A stretch of 64,000 bases of DNA, taken from NCBI GenBank assembly GCA_963843845.1, contig CAWJMB010000002.1, positions 1,280,001-1,344,000 on the forward strand, in the 5' to 3' direction. Positions 58,940-64,000 of the stretch are shown here, one piece after another. A program made the position numbers and the translations under genes. Under the pieces are notes generated by a model. The model was not told the origin of the DNA. It made no database searches and saw only the letters and a program-made list of their open reading frames with translations. This stretch comes from an uncultured Gemmatimonadaceae bacterium (lineage in GTDB: Bacteria > Gemmatimonadota > Gemmatimonadetes > Gemmatimonadales > Gemmatimonadaceae). Within the stretch, counting starts at the first letter, position 1. The number at the start of each line of letters is the position of its first letter.

Positions 58940-60192
58940 GCGCTGTGACTCCACGGTGCGGTCGACGGCGGCCCGCCGACCGGAAGGATGAATCGAATCT
59001 CGGTCCCGCGGCCGAGCGCACTCACGGCGTCGACGCTCCCGCCGTGGGCGACGATCGTCTGCCGCGCGATCGCGAGCCCGAGGCCGGTGCCGTGCGGCTT
59101 GTGCGTGACGTACGGATCCCAGATGTGCGTGAGCCGGTCTTCGGCGATCCCGCAGCCGGTGTCCCGCACGGCGAGCGACACGCCGACCTGGTCGGGCACC
59201 GGCCCGCGCGTCGGCGTGACCCGCACGGCGATCGCGCCGCCGTTCGCGCACGCATCCACCGCGTTCAGCAGCACGTTCGAGAGCGCGCGCGCGAGCGCGT
59301 CGTGGTGCCCGCGGACGAGCGGCGTGTCGTCGGCGACCTCGACGCCGATGGCGATCGTCGACGGCACGGTGGAGCGCACGACCGAGCGTGCCAGCTCGCC
59401 GACGTCGATCTCCGACGCGGCGCCGTCCGGCAACCGTCCGAACTGCGCGAAGCTGCGCGCCATCGCGTCGAGCCGTGCCGTCTCCGCGGCGAGCACGTCG
59501 ATCGCGTCGGTCTGCGCGGGCGTCGCACCGCGTCGCAGCGAGTCGATCGCGAAGCGAATCGGCGTGAGCGGGTTCTTGAGCTCGTGCGCGACGCGCCGCG
59601 CCGTCTCGCGAAACGCTTCGGCGCGCTCCGCCTCGAGCGCCTGCGCGCGCCCGCGCGCCAGCTCGCGCGACATCGTGCGCATGCGCAGGCGGAGCGTCCC
59701 GAACTCGGGCGCGCCGCGCGGCTCCGGCTCGTCGGGCACCGGCTTGCCGGCCTGCACGAGCGCGGTCCACCGCACGAGCTGGTCGATCGGACGACTGAGC
59801 TGCCGGCTGAGATGCCCCGCCACGCGCGACGCGATCACGGTGAGCGCCACGAGCGCCACGAGCCCCGTCGCGAGCACGACGCGCCCGACGCGCGGCGCGA
59901 CGAAGCTGTACCGCCGCGACAGCTCGAGCGACCCGCGCAGCTCCTGCTCATGCGCGTCGAGCGCGCGCCGCTCGGCCGCGGACAGCGGCTGCGCGGACGC
60001 CGACCGCGAGCGCACGACGTCGATCGCGTCCGCTCCCGTCGCGGCCGCGCGCTCCCACGCCGCACTGCCGCCGAGGAGCGACAGTGCCTGCGTCACCGTG
60101 CCCGACCACAGCATCGTCAGCAGCACCGAGGGGCATACGGCGAAGAGCAGCAGAATGGTGAAGAGGCGCGAGCGGAACCGGGGACGCGTCAC
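58936..60192 (-). CDS. HAMP sensor histidine kinase (NtrY-like)
   Basis: Two TMs, [43 protein letters not shown]. Confidence 0.93.
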   Translation of the reverse strand: MTRPRFRSRLFTILLLFAVCPSVLLTMLWSGTVTQALSLLGGSAAWERAAATGADAIDVVRSRSASAQPLSAAERRALDAHEQELRGSLELSRRYSFVAPRVGRVVLATGLVALVALTVIASRVAGHLSRQLSRPIDQLVRWTALVQAGKPVPDEPEPRGAPEFGTLRLRMRTMSRELARGRAQALEAERAEAFRETARRVAHELKNPLTPIRFAIDSLRRGATPAQTDAIDVLAAETARLDAMARSFAQFGRLPDGAASEIDVGELARSVVRSTVPSTIAIGVEVADDTPLVRGHHDALARALSNVLLNAVDACANGGAIAVRVTPTRGPVPDQVGVSLAVRDTGCGIAEDRLTHIWDPYVTHKPHGTGLGLAIARQTIVAHGGSVDAVSALGRGTEIRFILPVGGPPSTAPWSHSA

Positions 60193-60335
60193 TGGAGCGA
60201 CGTACGGGGCGCGGAGGAGAGCGGTTTCGTCAAGCTAACCCGCACCGATATGCGCCTCTACGGCCCTCTACCTTGCGTTCCTGGCAGCACTTAGCTTGCG
60301 CGCCAGATGATTCCGCACGTTCGCTGACTGACCTG

Positions 60336-61948
60336 ATGGCCGAGCCCTGGACGCTGGCCCAGCTCTTCGCGCGCCGCGCCCATGAGCACCCGGAGCGCGT
60401 CGCGGTCGTCGCCACCGCCGGTCGTCCGCTCACCTACACGCAGCTCGACCGGCAGGCGACCGCGCTGGCGGCGGCACTCACGGATCTCGGGATCGGTGCC
60501 GGCGATCGCATGGCGATCAACCTCCCGAACGGCGCCGAGTGGCTCGTCGCCCTGCTCGCCGCCGCCAAGCTCGGCGCGGTCGTCGTGCCGCTCAGTCTGC
60601 GGTTGAACGTGCACGAGCTGAAGTACCAGCTGCGGCACGCCGAAGTCTCGTGCGTCGTCACGATCGAGCGCCACGACGATGTCGACTTCCTGCAGCGTGT
60701 TCGAGCAGCTCCTCGCCGAGTTGCCCGACCTGCAGTACGTGGTCACGGTCGGCGACGAAGAGTTGTGGTACGACGATCGGATCTTCCAGTTCGAAGATCT
60801 GCTCTCGAAGGGCACGGGGCGGACGGTGCCCACGCCGTCGCGAGTCGGGACGACGAGGATCTCGCGCTGCTCTACACGTCGGGCACGATGGGCAAGCCGA
60901 AAGGGGTGCGCCTGAGTCACCGCGGCGTGCTCGAGACGGCGGTGCAGACGGCTGCGGCGCTGGAGTGCGACCCGACGGATCGCGTGCTCGCCGCGGTCCC
61001 GCTGTTCGCGAGCTTCGGCTTCAGCGTCGCCGTCGGCGTGCTCGTCGTCGGCGCGACGCTCGTCATGCAGCCGGACTTCGAGGCGGGCGAGATGCTGCGC
61101 CTCATCGAGCGCGAGCGCGTCACGGTGCTGCAAGGCGTGCCGACGATGTTTCACCTCCTCATGCGCGAGCCGGGCTTCGACCCGGCTCGGCTGCGCGCGG
61201 CGGGGCTCCGCTCGGGCATCATCGCCGGCAGCCCGGTGAGCGAGGAGCTCGTCCGTCGCATCCGCCGCTGGTGCGACGTGCAGGTGGCCTACGGCCTCAC
61301 GGAGACCGGTCCGGCCGTCACGATCACGCGCTTCACCGATTCGATCGAGAAGCGCGGCTCTACCGTGGGGCGCCCGCTGCCCGGCGTGGAGCTTCGTGGC
61401 GGTGGACCTGCTCACGGGTGCGCTGCACGGCCCGCCGAGGCCGTCGGCGAGATCGCGGTCCGCGGCCCGGGCCTCATGCGCGGCTACGCGCGGATGCCGG
61501 CGGAGACGGCGCGATCGTTCACGCCCGACGGGTTCTTTCTCACCGGCGACTCGGCATCATCGACGAGGAAGGGTATCTCCGGATCGTCGGGCGGCGAAAG
61601 GAGATGATCTTGCGCGGCGGCTTCCAGATCGTTCCCCGCGAAGTGGAAGACCGGCTGCGCGCGCATCCGGCGGTCGACGACGTGTGCGTGATCGGGGTTC
61701 CCCACGACGTGCTCGGGGAGCTGATCTGCGCTTGCATCGTGCCCGTCGAAGGGGCCGTCATCACGGGAAGCGAGTTGAAGGACTTCGCCCGCGACACGAT
61801 GGCCGACGCCAAGGTCCCCGATCTCGTGCGCTTCTTTGACACGTTCCCGATGACCGGGAGCGGCAAGGTGAAGCGCCGAGAGCTCGAGCGCACACTCGCG
61901 CTCGACCACACCACCGCGACTGCTCCTTCAGCTCCCAGCGCTCCATGA
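60336..61948 (+). CDS. Class I adenylate-forming enzyme (acyl-CoA ligase; indels)
   Basis: [45 protein letters not shown]. Confidence 0.9.
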
Positions 61949-64000
61949 GCTCACGCATCACTCGGCCGCGCGACCGCGCCGCGGCGTCGTCGGTTCCGCC
62001 CGTGCACCGCGGGCCGCAGGCCCTGCCGCAGGGCGCCGCCGCGCCCGCGTTCGCCTACCTCGGGCAGGCCCCCAACGCGGCGCTCCTCATCGACTTCGAC
62101 AACGTCACGATGGGGATCCAGAAGGACATGCAGAGCGAGCTTCGCTCGCTCATGTCCTCCGACATCATCAAGGGACGCGTGTCGCTGCGGCGCGCCTACG
62201 CCGACTGGCGCCGCTACCCGGGCTACGTCGTGCCGCTCGCCGAAGCGTCGATCGACATGATCATGGCGCCGGCATACGGGTCGGCGCGAAAGAACGCGAC
62301 CGACATCCGGCTCGCCGTCGACGCGATGGAGATCGTGTTCACCCGCCCCGAGATCGGCACGTTCATCCTGCTGTCCGGCGACTCCGACTTCTCGAGCCTC
62401 GTCATCAAGCTCAAGGAGTACGGCAAGTACGTCATCGGCGTCGGCATCCGCGAGAGCTCCAGCGATCTGCTCGTCCAGAACTGCGACGAGTACTACAGCT
62501 ACAACGCCCTCGCCGGCCTCGTGAAGTCGGGCGACGAGGAAGTCGTACGCTGGGACCCGTGGGAGCTCGTCACCGAGGCGATGCAGCGCATGGTGCGCAA
62601 CGGCGACGTCATGCGCGCCGACCGCCTCAAGCAGGTCATGCAGGACGTCGACCCGTCGTTCGACGAGAAGGACCTCGGCATGTCGAAGTTCTCCCGCTTC
62701 GTCAACGAGGCCGCCCAGCGCGGACTCATCACGCAGAACCGGCTCGAGAACGGGCAGTACGAGATCGGCCCCGTCGCGGCGTCGGCGTCGGCGTCGCCGT
62801 CGGCATCGCCGTCGGCACCGGCAGCCCGTCCCGCCGCGCCGCGTCGCGACGATCCCCGTCGCGAGGACGGTGACGCGACAGACGCGCGCGACAGTCGCGC
62901 CGAGCGCGGCGGGCGCAGTCGGCGCGGTCGCGGCCGCGGTCGCGGTCGCGACGCAGAGCGCCCGCCGCGCTCGGGTGAGACGACCGAGTCGTCCGAGCTC
63001 TCCGAGTCGACCGGCGAGTTCGAGGCGATGGCCGCCCCGGCACCGACGCTGTCGCTCGACGCCGTGCTCGCCGAGCCGTCCGGTCCGGCCGCGCCGGCGA
63101 TCGGCGTCGGTGGCGAGCGGCTCACGCGGAGCGAGGCGTTCGACCTCGTGCGCCGCGCCGTCGAGTCGCTCGTCGGCGCGGACGACGTGCGCGTCGCGCC
63201 CGAGGCCGCGCGCCAGCGCGCGTTCGAGTTGTTGGGTCGCGACAGCGAGAGCCTGGCCTCGCGGATGTTCGAGCGCATCCTGCGCGACGCGAGCGACGCG
63301 CACCTCGTCGCGCTGCACCGCGACGGCGACACCGTCGAGGTCGGACGCGCCGCGCCCGCGGCGTCTGTCGCCGACCAGTTCAACCGCGCGTCGGCCGCGA
63401 CGCAGACGGCCGCGCCGCCGGTCGCGACGACGACGTCGGGCGCGCCGCGCGGCATGGGACCACGCGGACTGCCGCGCGGTCCGCGCGGTCGCGGTGCGCC
63501 GCCGGCCGACCTGCTCTCGGTCGGCGTCGTACACGTCGGCGGTGCGGCCCCGTCCGTCCCGACGTCGTCGTCCGAGCCGTCCGCCGAACCGTCTGCCGAG
63601 CCCGTCGAGGCGTCGGTCGCCGTGCCGAACGACGCGCCCACATCGGCGCCACAGCCGGCAGTACCGCTGGAAGACGGCGGTCCAGCGGCATCGGCCGCGC
63701 AGAGCGCGTCGCCCCCCGTGTCGTCGACAGACGCGGAGATCGACGCCGCGAGCGACGCCGCGAGCGACGCCGCGAGCGAGCAGACCGCACGGCCTGGCCG
63801 GCGCCGTGGCGGGCGCGGGCGCGGTGGGAACCGCGGTCGCGGCCCGAGCGACACGGCGACGACGGCTCCCGAGCCGGCAGCAGTGGCCGCGCCAGTGGCT
63901 CCACCGGCGATCGTGCTACCTCCGGCCGCGGCACCCGGTACCGAGGCGCGGCGCGCCGAGTCCGGCGCGCCAGCGCCCGATCGTCGGCGTACGCCTCGCG
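61945..64000 (+). CDS. NYN (LabA/DUF88 PIN-like) ribonuclease + OST-HTH/LOTUS domain(s) + long disordered tail; truncated by the window end
   Basis: Manual translation from ATG 61945 (no stop, so absent from the ORF track): [45 protein letters not shown], then [26 protein letters not shown]. Confidence 0.9.
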   Translation, partial: MSSRITRPRDRAAASSVPPVHRGPQALPQGAAAPAFAYLGQAPNAALLIDFDNVTMGIQKDMQSELRSLMSSDIIKGRVSLRRAYADWRRYPGYVVPLAEASIDMIMAPAYGSARKNATDIRLAVDAMEIVFTRPEIGTFILLSGDSDFSSLVIKLKEYGKYVIGVGIRESSSDLLVQNCDEYYSYNALAGLVKSGDEEVVRWDPWELVTEAMQRMVRNGDVMRADRLKQVMQDVDPSFDEKDLGMSKFSRFVNEAAQRGLITQNRLENGQYEIGPVAASASASPSASPSAPAARPAAPRRDDPRREDGDATDARDSRAERGGRSRRGRGRGRGRDAERPPRSGETTESSELSESTGEFEAMAAPAPTLSLDAVLAEPSGPAAPAIGVGGERLTRSEAFDLVRRAVESLVGADDVRVAPEAARQRAFELLGRDSESLASRMFERILRDASDAHLVALHRDGDTVEVGRAAPAASVADQFNRASAATQTAAPPVATTTSGAPRGMGPRGLPRGPRGRGAPPADLLSVGVVHVGGAAPSVPTSSSEPSAEPSAEPVEASVAVPNDAPTSAPQPAVPLEDGGPAASAAQSASPPVSSTDAEIDAASDAASDAASEQTARPGRRRGGRGRGGNRGRGPSDTATTAPEPAAVAAPVAPPAIVLPPAAAPGTEARRAESGAPAPDRRRTPR

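Noticed and set aside
63742..63780. 12-bp tandem repeat GACGCCGCGAGC x3
   Set aside because: In-frame low-complexity coding sequence (DAAS repeats) within the NYN protein's disordered tail.

Overview
A very GC-rich bacterial chromosomal segment made up mostly of housekeeping and envelope genes. Gene content and order suggest Gemmatimonadota (Gemmatirosa/Gemmatimonas-like); this is inference, not a database result. It holds about 55 CDS: partial pduO, tyrA, ferredoxin-NADP reductase, peptide ABC components, tamA-tamB, feoAB, lgt, tsaD, rpe, rsmB, fmt, def, yajC, tgt, queA, ruvCAB, yebC, a PorX-like REC-PglZ protein with msbA/GT/lpxL-like genes, tyrS, PBP1A, an NtrY/NtrX-like operon with an unusual Omp85-like barrel, an acyl-CoA ligase and a partial NYN-LOTUS protein. 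I saw no rRNA, tRNA, CRISPR, prophage or IS. Many genes, including essential ones, carry clustered single-base indels that look like long-read consensus errors. The most striking signal is non-genic. The heptamer GTTAGGC occurs 21 times by my manual count, always on the sense strand of the local gene, and accounts for almost every TTA(Leu) codon I found (18 as TTA-GGC Leu-Gly), with a GTTGGGC variant alongside. Other signals: -10-like boxes (TAGYTT/TACCTT) 5-7 nt before many ATGs, suggesting leaderless mRNAs; a family of GGGGATC-heptamer hairpins; and a probable pseudo-histidine kinase.
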